Shown: positions 26,615 through 38,604 of the stretch, piece by piece
How positions within the stretch are numbered: the stretch's first letter is position 1
How the letters are laid out: every line of letters starts with the position of its first letter
From: Felis catus
Lineage: Eukaryota
DNA: 64,000 nt
Direction: 5' to 3'
NCBI RefSeq assembly: GCF_018350175.1
Contig: NC_058368.1
Location: forward strand, 108,564,001 to 108,628,000
Notes under the pieces: model-generated
Seen by the model: the letters and a program-made list of their open reading frames with translations, nothing else
Database searches by the model: none
What the model was told of the DNA's origin: nothing
Program-made: the position numbers and the translations under genes

Positions 26615-27832
26615 GGGGTGCCTGGGTGGCTCAATAGATTAAGTGTCCAATTCTTGGTTTCAACTCAGGTCATGATCCCATAGTTTCGTGAGTTCAAGCC
26701 TGGCATCGGGCTCCACACTAACAGTGTGGAGCCTGTTTGGGATTCTCTGCCTCCCTCTCTCTCACCCCCTCCCCCACTTACTCTCTCTCTCTCTCTCTCA
26801 AAATAAATAAACTTAAAAAAATTTTAAGTAAGTCTAATATACTTATAGAGATGTGATCAATTTTTTTTTTTTTGGTAGTTTTTCTAAAATGTATGGTATC
26901 ATCACTAGGCCCTATATCCCTGGAGTATCCAGCCAATGACATCCACTTTTCTTCTTCATCTTTTTTTCTTGTTCAATGATCCTCAACCCCAGAGCTACAT
27001 ATTAGAGTCATAAAACTGGTACGGAGGAGGGCCTTAACATCAGAATCTTTTTATGTATTTTTTATGCATTTATTTTTTTAAGTTTATTTATTTATTTTGA
27101 AAGAAAGAGACCTTGTGTGCACACAAGTGAGGGAGGGACAGAGACAGAGGGAGAGAGAGAATCCCAAGAAGGCTCTGTACTGTCAGTGCAGAGCCCAATA
27201 AGGGGCCTGATCTCACAAACTGAGATCATGACCTGCCTGAGCTGAGATCAAGAGGTGAACGCTAAACCAACTGAACCACTCAGGCACCCCTCATCAGAAT
27301 TTTTTTAAAGCTTCCCTAATGGTTTTAATGAATAGCTATAGTTGAAAACTACTTCCTACTATACATAAGATTGAATTTGAACATCATCTAAATATAAGAT
27401 ATTTTAATGCAAGCATATCAAGGCAAAGTATAGAAAACACATTATAATGTAAATATAGTGGAAAACTATACTGATACAGTGTTATCATGCTTTGGGTAGT
27501 TTCCATTTTTGTAAGCCATGCTGGCTCCCAAAAATCCAATATAAAAGTAAAACAAAACAATACGAAAAAACTAGAAAAAAAATTATAAAACTAAATTAAA
27601 AGTTAGAAACTAAATTTCTGGAGCACCTGAGTGGCTAAGTCAGTTAAGCATCTATTCAGCTCTTCATTTTGGCTCTGGTTGTGATCTCATGGTTGGTGTT
27701 TTCCAGCGCCACATCAGGCTCTGTGCTGACAGCACAGATCCTGCTTAGGATCCTCTCTCTCACTCTCTTTGCTCCTCCCCTGCTCGCATGCTCTCTGTCT
27801 CTCAAAATAAATGAACTTTAAAAAAAATTTAC
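26615..27832. mobile_element. Three CanSINEs (26615-26822 +, 27048-27290 -, 27620-27830 +)
   Basis: Heads and tails with TSDs aagtctaat, catcagaat and agaaactaaatttct. Confidence 0.9.
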
Positions 27833-29255
27833 AGAAACTAAATTTCTACATCTTAATTACAAAACCAGAAAAGTAAATATAAATTCAAAGCTCTAATGAT
27901 AGGCTCCCAGCCAATTAATCTGAAAAGAAGAAATTGCTTACCTGCAAAATCATTATTACAGCCACTTGACGGGTCTGTGACTCTAGAAACAATAACTCTC
28001 CTACTCTACAGCTTCTACACTACATCCCAGAAATTTTACCATTCCAGTTCCTATTAACATTCCAGTATATATCCATCTCTTGGCTCTCTAAAGAAGCTTC
28101 CTTCCAACAGGTAGAGTTAGGAATATGGGCTATTTCCATGGCAGATAACAGCATGAAGAACTCACACTATCCTTCAACCTTCAGGCCAGAAACAATACAA
28201 GTAAATAGTATTTACACCAAATTTGCCACAAGAGTCACATGGCGTTGTATGCCTACAAGAACTGTGAAATACGGAAGGGTGTATGAAATTTGGTGAGGAG
28301 TAAACAAATATGCCACAGAATGGAATTGCTAGGTCATAAAGTGAGTATTTTCTACCTCACTAAATAATGCCAGATTGTTTTCCAAAGTTGTTTTGTACCA
28401 ATGTATACTATACAGGGATTCTTACTGCTCCACATTCTTGTTAATATTTGGTACCATCCAACTTTTGGCCATTGCCAAACTAATGCCAATCCGCTTACAC
28501 TGTTCTTGCCCCAAATATTCTGGCTGTGGAATCAGCAGATACCCTCACCAACCAAAAGTTACCCAGATTAGTGAATTCTGTTCTTAGTTTGCTAAGAGTG
28601 TGTATCATAAATGGAAGTTGAATTTTATGAAATAAGTCTGCATCTGCTGACTAATTATGTAGTCTTCCTCCTTTAATAATTAAAATAACACATATAATTC
28701 AATGAGCAGACACTGTTGAAATTGCCTTACATATCCTAACTCATTCAATCTTTCCAATGAACTAGTGAAGTATTAGTTACATTTAACAGATAATGAAATG
28801 CAGACACCGAGATTTAATTACTTGGCACAGGTACTACCACCAAACAACAAAGAACAATGAGGTTTCAGGGTCTGGGTTCTTAATTCTCTCTCAAAACCTA
28901 TTAGGTTTTGAGCAAGTTATCTAATACCTTGGTGTTTCAGTTTTCTCATCTATAAAAGGAGGGTAATGTCACCTACCTCATAAAGCTGTTTTTACAATTA
29001 AATGAAGTAATATATCTGAAGTCCTTAAAACAATTCCTGAAACATCATAAAGCACTACATAAATATTTTGCTAACATTCTCTTACCTTTTCAACTTCAAT
29101 CTATCTATAGATAGATTCCATTTCTTATTCTTAGATTAGTTATCTATGGCTTGTTTATTTTTATTATTTTTAGCAGGTTTTGCCTATTTCAAAAAACTAA
29201 GTTTCATTTTCTCTTGCACATTCATTTTCTAGTTCATTAATTTTGGGGCTCTTAT

Positions 29256-31289
29256 ATTTTTTAATTTTTTTAATTTTTATTATTTTTTTAATATGAAATT
29301 TATTGTCAAATTGGTTTCCATACAACACCCAGTGCTCAGCCCAACAGGTGCCCTCCTCAATACCCATCACCCACTCTCCCCTCCCTTCCACCCCCCATCA
29401 ACCCTCAGTTCTCAGTTTTTACAAGTCTCTTATGGTTTGGCTCCCTCCCTAACTTCTTTTTCCCTTCCCCTCCCCCATGGTCTTCTGTTAAGTTTCTCAG
29501 GATCCACATAGGAGTGAAAACATATGGTATCTGTCTTTCTCTGTATGACTGATTTCACTTAGCATAACACTCTCCAGTTCCATCCACGTTGCTACAAAAG
29601 GCCATATTTCATTCTTTCTCATTGCCACGTAGTATTCCATTGTGAATTTCGTTAACCACAATTTCATTATCCATTCATCAGTTGATGGACATTTAGGTTC
29701 TTTCCATAATTTGGCTACTGTTGAAAGTGCTGCTATAAACATTGGGGTACAAGTGCCCCTATGCATCAGCACTCCTATATCCCTTAGGTAAATTCCTAGC
29801 AGTGATACTGCTGGGTCATATGGTAGATCTATTTTTAATTTTTTGAGGAACCTCCAAACTGTTTTCCAGAGTGGCTGCACCAGTATGCATTCCCACCAAC
29901 AATGCAAGAGGGTTCCCATTTCTCCATATCCTCGCCAGCATCTATGGTCTCCTCATTTGTTCATTTTAGCCACTCTAACCGGCATGATGTGGTATCTGAG
30001 TGTGGTTTTGATTTGTATTTCCCTGATGAGGAGTGACGTTCAGCATCTTTTCATGTGCCTGTTGGACATCTGGATGTCTTCCTTAGAGAAGTGTCTATTC
30101 ATGTTTTCTGCCCATTTCTTCACTGGATTATTTGTTTTTCAGGTGTGGAGTTTGGTGAGTTCTTTATAGATTTTGGATACTAGTCCTTTGTCCAATATGT
30201 CATTTGCAAATATCTTTTTCCATGCTGTCGTTTGCCTTTTAGTTTTGTTGATTGTTTCCATTGCAGTGCTGAAGCTTTTTATCTTCATGAGGTCCCAATA
30301 GCTCATTTTTGCTTTTAATTCCCTTGCCTTTAGAGATGTGTCAAGTAAGAAATTGCTGCGGCTGAGGTCAGAGAGGTCTTTTCCTGCTTTCTCCTCCAGG
30401 GTTTTGATGGTTTCCTGTCTCACATTCAGGTCCTTTATCCATTTTGAGTTTATTTTTGTGAATGGTGTAAGAAAGTGGTCTAGTTTCATTCTTCTGCATG
30501 TTGCTGTCCAGTTCTCCCAGCACCATTTGTTAAAGAGACTGTCTTTTTTCCATTGGATATTCTTTCCTGCTTTGTCAATGAGTTGGCCATACTTTTGTGG
30601 GTCCAATTCTGGAGTCTCTATTCGATTCCACTGATCTATGTGTCTGTTTTTGTGCCAATACCAGGCTGTCTTGATGATTACAGCTTTGTAGTAGAGGCTA
30701 AAGTCTGGGATTGTGATGTCTCCCGCTTTGGTCTTCTTCTTCAATATTACTTTGGCTATTCGGGGCCTTTTGTGGTTCCATACAAATTTTAGGATTGCTT
30801 GTTCTAGCTTCGAGAAGAATGCTGGTGCAATTTTGACGGGGATTGCATTGAATGTGTAGATAGCTTTGGGAGTATTGACATTTTAACAATATTTATTCTT
30901 CCAATCCATGAGCATGGAATGTTTTTTCCATTTCTTTATATCTCCCTCAATTTCATTCATCAGCTTTCTATAGTTTTCAGCATACAGATCTTTTGCATCT
31001 TTGGTTAGGTTTATTCCTAGGTTATTTTATGATTCTTGGTGCCATTGTGAATGGGATCAGTTTCTTTATTTGTCTTTCTGTTGCTTCATTATTAGTGTAT
31101 AAGAATGCAACTGATTTCTGTACATTGATTTTGTATCCTGCGATTTCGCTGAATTCATGTATCAGTTCTAGTAGACTTTTGGTGCAGTCTATCGGGTTTC
31201 CCATGTATAATACCATGTCATCTGCAAAAAGTGAAAGCTTGACTTCATCTTTGCCAATTTTGATGCCTTTGATTTCCTTTTGTTGTCTG
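29256..31289 (-). mobile_element. Felid L1, 5'-truncated (~2 kb: 3' part of ORF2 plus 3' UTR)
   Basis: ORF track peptides 31022-31216, 30139-30744 and 29497-29919 are L1 ORF2 ([31 protein letters not shown]...PLWKTVW), split by frameshifts. The A-rich tail is at the left end. Confidence 0.96.
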
Positions 31290-31594
31290 TATTATTTCTT
31301 TTTCAAGTTTATTCTGTTTTCTCCTTTCTAACTCCTTAAGTAGAACACTCAAGTCATACTTTGAACCGTTCCTTCTTCTCTTATGTAAACATTATAAATT
31401 ACTGTCATTGAAGCTTTAGGTACATCCAAGATTTGTAATATGGTATTTATTATAATTCAATTCTAGTTACTTTAAATTTCCATTTAGGTTTTCTTTTCCC
31501 TGACTCATAAGTTGTTTCCCTAACTGCTCTATGAATGTCAGGGGAAAAAATGTGTTTCCTCTAATTGCTAGTTTCATGCTGATTTTGTTTTCAA

Positions 31595-32020
31595 AATCTT
31601 TTTGTTTTTAAGATTTTATTTTTAAGTAATCTCTACACCCAAAGTGGGCTTGAACTCACAACCGCAAGATCACGAGTCCATGCTCCACTCACAGAGCCAG
31701 CCAGGCGCCGCCAGAATCTTTTTTATTCTTAACCTTTTTTTGCTACTTCTAGAGAGGCCAAGAAGGTCTAGAGTGGCTAGACCTTCAATAACTAGAAGAG
31801 ATATGTTTAAAAGTCACCTACCATGGGGCTCCTGGGTGGCTCAGTCGGTTAAGCACCCGACTTCAGCTCAGGTCATGATCTCACAGTTCATGAGTTCGAG
31901 CCCTTAATCAGGCTCTATACTGATTTTGTGCCTCTCTTTGCCCATCCCCTGCTCATGCTTTCTCTCTCCACCCCCCCCACTCTCTCTCTCACACACACAA
32001 AAAAATAAAAATAAAAAAAT
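31595..32020. mobile_element. Two SINEs (31595-31712 - short type; 31825-32020 +)
   Basis: SINE motifs; the second has TSD tcacctac. Confidence 0.8.
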
Positions 32021-32604
32021 CACCTACTATAGTAGATGTGTCCATTTCTCCTGGACATTTCTGCTTCATGTATTTCCAAAAATACTCTTCTTGGTGAGTT
32101 AACCTTTTATCATTACATTTATCATTAATAATTTTCATGTCTATTTTAACTGATGTGACTGCAGTTATCAGCTTTCTTTTTGTTGTCTCAGTATTTTTTT
32201 GGGTTTTTTTTTGCTTTCAATCTTTCTATATTTGTATATCTTGAATATATGCTCTTTAAGCAGCAGATACAGATAGATATTATTTTTTCCAGTCCAACAA
32301 ATTTTTGTCTTCTCTGCATTATTTAGTCTGCTTTCACTTAATGTGGTTTTTATAATGTGCTGGAATTTATTTCTACTACATGATTCTATTGCTTTGTACT
32401 TGTTCTGTAACTTATGTTCTTTTTCGTACCCCTTCTTACATTCTTTTTAGTTCTCTTTCTATATTCTATTTTCACTCTAATAATTTGGAAATTACTCTAC
32501 TTTTATTCATTTAGATGTGTAGCCTTGAAATTTTACCATGCATACTTCATACTTTAGTTAATATCTTTATTCTCAAAACATAATAGAACCTTATGAAATA
32601 GAAA

Positions 32605-35043
32605 GGGGGCATGGGAATATGGTAGAGTAAGAGGACCCTGAGCTGAGCCCCTTCCACGTTTTCAACTAGATATCATCCACATCCAAGTCAATAAACCAGA
32701 CAGCACCTGAAGACTGACAGAACAAACTCCACAACTAAATATAGAGAAGCAAGTGCATCTGAAAGTAAGAAGGTCAGGAAGGTGGAGGGAGGATGCCCAC
32801 AGGAGGCAGGGAGCTGCACGAGCACAGAGGGCAGAGAAACTGGCCCTCGCACCAGGGAGCGCACACAGGAAAAACTAATCCCCATAATGCCTGGCTTTAA
32901 AAGTCAGAGGAGCTGAACTCAGTGAGTTAGTAAGAACCAGTAAGGCTAAGAACCTGGAGCTTTGGAGGTCAGCTGACTCAGCACTGAGTGAGCCCAAAAG
33001 TCAAGTGATAGCCCAGTCATCACCCTGAAAGAGACAGCAGCCTACACAGAGAGGCAACAGCAACAACAACAACCAAAGAAATGGCAATTTACACAACACT
33101 GGGCAAAGAGGGCACAGATCTCTTCACAATTATTTCTGAGTGTGTTGGGGGACTTCTCTGAAAATGAGAGAGGTGGCAGGTGCCATTTTCCTCTCCCGGC
33201 CCACAGTATAATCACAGAGACATACGCGAGAAGCAGGGCTGCACAGACACTTGCTACCTAACCTGCTAGCAGCGTACCATGCTCACAAGTTCTAAGGAGA
33301 ATTTGCCCACTCCAAGCCTACTGGCCTCAGCCTTGGGCTCAGGACAAATTTTGTTAAAGCTGAAGGGGCACCCCATCCAGCAGGCCTAGTGCACAGCTGT
33401 CACCATGCACTGTGTGCATCCATCCCACTGCACCCAGCTGTTCACCCTCAGCCACTTTCTTGTGTGTCACACAGGCACATTCCCCTGGCCACTCTGGCAC
33501 ACAGGGCCCAGACACCTCAGTACTTCAGAGGGTCCAGCACAGGACTAGTAGCCTGCTGCAAATTGTGCTAACACTGTCGCCCTGCTCCCAAGTTCCCTCA
33601 CATGCATGCCACCCCAGAGCTGACCTGCCTGAGTCCCAATGACACCACAGAGAAAAAGTACAGCCCACAATAGCCAGAGTCAGTGCAGAGACTGCAATGA
33701 AAGGAAATGTGACTCAGGCACAAAAGCAGGGAATAAGCAACACACTTAGGATACTCTCCTGAAAGCCAGGTTCTGATAAAGAAGAGACACTGCACTGCTG
33801 GGCATTCCAGGACCTTTTCTTCATAAAGTCACTACTTTCAAGAGGAGAAGACACAGCTGACTTTCTTTAACACAGAGATGCAGACAAAATAAGGAGACAG
33901 AGAAATGTATCCCAAATGAAAGAACAGAACAAGGTCACAGTGAGCGATCTAAGAGTAAGAGATATAAGTAACATGCCTGATAAAGAATTGAAAACAATGA
34001 TCATAAGAATACTCACTGGACTCCAGAAAAGAATTCAAGAAATGAGTGAGACTCTTAACACAGATATAAAAAAACAACACAGGAGAGAAGGCACAATCAA
34101 TGAAATGAGAAACACGCTTGATGAAATCAAGAGGAGGATAGAAGAAGCAGAAGAATAAATAAGTGACCTAGGAGACAAGGTAATGGAAAGTAATCAAGGT
34201 GAACAAAAGTGACAGAAAAAAACTGTGCAAAATGAGAACAGACTTAGGGAACTCAGTTGACACCACCACATGTAATAACATTCATGTTATAGGAGAAGTT
34301 CCAGAAAAAGAGAAAGGAGGTGACAGAAAATTTATTTAAAGAAGAGCTATAATCTGGGGAAGGAAACATAGCCAGATCAAGGCGTCACAGAGAACCCCCC
34401 AACAGGATCAACAAAAACAGACCCATACCAAGGCATGTTACAATTAAATTTGCAAAATATAGTGATAAAGAAAAAAATTTTAAATCCACAAGACAAGAGG
34501 CCTTAACTTACAAGGGAAAACCCATGGGGCTAGGAGGAAACTTCTCAACAGAAATTTAACAAGCCAGAAGGGAGTGGCATGATATATTCAATATGCTGAA
34601 TGGGAAAAATCTGCAACCAAAGCTACTCTAGCCAGCAAGGCTTTCATTCAGAATAAAATAAGAGAGAGATTTCTCAAACAACAACCAAAGGAGTTCATGA
34701 CCACCAAACCAGCTCTGCAAGAAATATTAAAAGGGACTCTTTCAATGGAAAAGAGACCAAAAGTGACAATATAGAAGTAGAAAACACAAAAGTAGTAAAA
34801 ATGAATTACTCTTTCTGTAAAAAAAAAATATCAGTCAAGGAACTCATTAAAAAAAAGGATATAAAATATAATATGGGGCACCTGGGTGGCTCAGTCAGTT
34901 GGGCATCTGACTCTTGATCTCAGCTCAGGTCACGATCTCATGTTTCATAAATAAGTTCAAGCCCCGTGTCAGACTCTTCACTGACAGCATGGAGCCTGCT
35001 TGGAATTCTCTCTCCCTTGCTCTCTGCCCCTACCCCACTCATC

Positions 35044-35077
<34 letters not shown>

Positions 35078-38000
35078 TCCTATCCCTCCCTCCATCCCTC
35101 CCTCAAGAAAAATGAATAAATGTAAAAAAAAAAATTTTTTTTAATACAATAACAAGAGCACCTGAGTGGCTCAATTGGTTAAGCATCCAACTTCAGCTCA
35201 GGTCATGATCTTGCCATTCCTGAGTTCAAGCGCCATATCAGGCTCTGTGCTGACAGCTCAGAGCCTGGAATCTGTTTCAGATTCTGTGTCTCCCTCTCTC
35301 TCTCTGCCCCTCCCCTGCTAGCGCTCTCTCTCTGTCTCTCAAAAGTAAATAAACATAAAAAAAAAAATACAATAACATACTCTTAAAACATGGGGAGAAA
35401 AGGAAAGAATGGGTTCAAACTTAAATGACCGTCAACTTATTATATAGACTGCTATATGCATTAGAGGTTATATAAAAAACTAACAGCAACCATTTGTCAA
35501 AAACCACTAATAAATATGCAAAGAATAAAATGAAAACAATCAAAATATATCACTTAAAAATCAAAAAACCATGAAATAAAGACAAGAAATGAAAAAAATC
35601 TACAGAAACCACAAAATAAGCAATAATATGGCAATAAATGCATAACTAGCAATAATTATTTTGAATGTAAACGGACTAAATGCTCCCCTCAAAAGACACA
35701 CGGTGATAAAATGGATTAAAAAAAAGAAGACCCATCTATATGCTGCCTACAAAAGACCCATTTTAGACTATATACACCTGCAGATTTAAAGTGAGGGTAT
35801 GGAGAAACATCTATCATGGAAATATGTATCAAAGGGAAACCAGAGTAACAAGGCTTATATCAAACAAAATAGACTTCAAAACAAAGACAGTAACAAGAGA
35901 CAAAAAAGGACACTATATAATAATAAAGAAGATAATCCAACAAGAAGATCTAACAACTGTAAATATTAATGCACTCAACCAACAGAGGAGCACCTAAATA
36001 CATAAAACAGCGAATAAAAAATAAATAAAATAAAGGAACTAGTTGATAATAATACAATAATGCTAGAGGACTTTAACACCCTGCTTACATTAATAGACAG
36101 ATTATCTAAACAGAACATCAACAAGTAAACAATGGCTCTGAATGACACACAGGAACAGATGAATTTAACAAATATATTCAGAACATTCCATTGCAAAACA
36201 GCATAATACACATTCTATTCAAACACACACAGAACATTCTCCAGAACAGATCACATATTAGCCCACAAAACAAACCTCAACAAATTAAAGAGGACTGAAA
36301 TCATACCATGCATATTGTCTGGCCATAATGCTATGAAACTAGAAGTCAACCACAAGAAAAAAACTAGAAAGATCACAAACACATGAAGGTTAAATAACAT
36401 GCTACTAAACAATGAATGAGTCAACAAAGAAGAAATAAAAAAAAATATGGAAACAAAAATGAAGACACAACAGTCCAAAACCTCTAGGATGCAGCAAAAG
36501 TGGTTCTAAGAGGGAATTTTATACAATACAGGCCTACCTTAAGAAGCAAGAAAAATTTCAAACACACAGCTTAACCTTATACCTCAACAAACTAGAAAAA
36601 GAACAACAAAAAAACCTAAAACCAGCAGAATGAAGAAAATAATAAAGATGAGAGCAAAAATAAATCACACAGAAACTAAAATAACAATACAACAGATCAG
36701 TGAAACCAGGAGCTGGTTCTTTGGGAAAAAAAAAATCAATAAAATTAATAAAGCTCCAGCCAAACTTTTCAAGAAAAAGAGTAAGGGCTCAAATAAAATC
36801 ACAAATGAGAGAGAAGAAATAACCAACACCGTAGAAAAACAAACAGAGAATATTATGGAAAACTATATGCCAACAAATTGGATGACCTAGAAGAAAAAGG
36901 TAAAAACATACAAACTATCAAAACTTAAACAGGAGGGGGCGCCTGGGTGGCGCAGTCGGTTAAGCGTCCGACTTCAGCCAGGTCACGATCTCGCGGTCTG
37001 TGAGTTCGAGCCCCACGTCGGGCTCTGGGCTGATGGCTCAGAGCCTGGAGCCTGTTTCCGATTCTGTGTCTCCCTCTCTCTCTGCCCCTCCCCCGTTCAT
37101 GCTCTGTCTCTCTCTGTCCCAAAAATAAATAAACGTTGAAAAAAAAAAATTAAAAAAAAAAAAAAACTTAAACAGGAGGAAACAGAAAATTGAACCAACC
37201 AATGACCAGAAAAGAAACTGAGTCAGTAATACAAAAAATCCCAACAAACAAAAGTCCAGGACTAGACGGCTATAAAAAAGAGCCAACACCTATTCTTCTT
37301 AAACTCTTTCAAAAATTAGAAGAAGAAGGAAAACTTCCAAATTCATTCTGAGGTCAGCATTACCCTGATACCAAAACCAGATAAAAGATACCACTAAAAA
37401 GGAGAACTACAGGCCAATATCCCTAATGAACATAGATGCAAAAATTCTCAGTAAAACACCAGCAAACCAAATTAAACAATTCATTTTAAAAATCACCACA
37501 GTCAAGGGGTTGCAAGTGTGTTTCAATATTCACAAATCAATGAGTGTGATACATCACATCAACAGGAGATAAGATAAAAGCCACATGATCATTACAATAG
37601 ATGCAGAAAAACCAGTTGACGAAGTACAACATCCATTCGTGATAAAAAAAAAAAAAAAAAAAAAACCTCTCAACAAAACAGGTTTAGAGGAAACATACCT
37701 CAACATAATAAAGACCATCTATAAAAAACCCAGAGTTACCATCATCCTTAATAAGGGAAAAATAGCTTTTCCTCTAAGTTCAGGAAGAAGACAAGGAGGT
37801 CCACTCTCACCACTTTTATTCACCTGGGTTTAGAGGTCAGGTTTAGAATCTTGCAGTTCGTGAGTTCAAGCCCCACACCAGGCTCACTGCTGTCAGTGCA
37901 GAGCCCACTTGAGATGCTGTGTCCCTCTCTGCCTCTCCCCTGCTCATGCTTGCACTCTCTCCCTCTCTCTCAAAAATAAACATTAAAAATAATTTAAAAA

Positions 38001-38598
38001 ATAAAACAATCAACAAAACAATCAACAGCTAAGGAAACAATCAGCAAACCTAAAAGGCAACTGATAGAATGCAAGAAGATATTTGCAAATGACATATCTG
38101 ATAAAGGGTTAGCATCCAAAATATATATATAAAGAACTTATAAAACTTAACACCCAAAAAACCAATAATCCAACTTAAAATAGGTAGAAGACATGAAAAG
38201 ACATTTCTCCAAAGGAGACATACAGATGGCCAACAGACACATGAAAAGATGCTCAACATCATTCATCATTAGGGAAATGCACATCAAAACAACAGTAAGA
38301 TATCACCTCATACCTGTCATATGACTAACATCAACAACACAAGAAACAATAGGTGTTGGCCATGATGCTGAGAAAGGGGAACTCTGCTGCACTGTTTTGG
38401 GGAATGCAAACTGGTTCAGCCACTCTGGAAAAGAGTGGAGGTTCCTCAAAAAGTTAAAAATAGAACTACCCTATGATCCAACAACTGCACTACTGGTTAT
38501 TTACCCAAAGAATACAAAAATATTAATTCAAAGGGATACGTGCACCCCTGTTTATGGCAGCATTATTTGCAATAGCCAAGATATGGAAACAGCCCAAG
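32605..38598 (+). mobile_element. Decayed L1 with 5' UTR, ORF1 and ORF2, lacking its 3' end; four nested SINEs (34876, 35157, 36936, ~37830)
   Basis: ORF1-like peptide at 33916-34158 (SNMPDKELKTMIIRIL); endonuclease region 35630-36350; RT region ([14 protein letters not shown]) at 37585-37822; C-terminal region 38030-38598. Confidence 0.93.
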
Positions 38599-38604
38599 GA
38601 TCCA

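Noticed and set aside
29497..31331. Several 100-200 aa ORFs
   Set aside because: Fragments of L1 ORF2 or their antisense shadows, not host genes.
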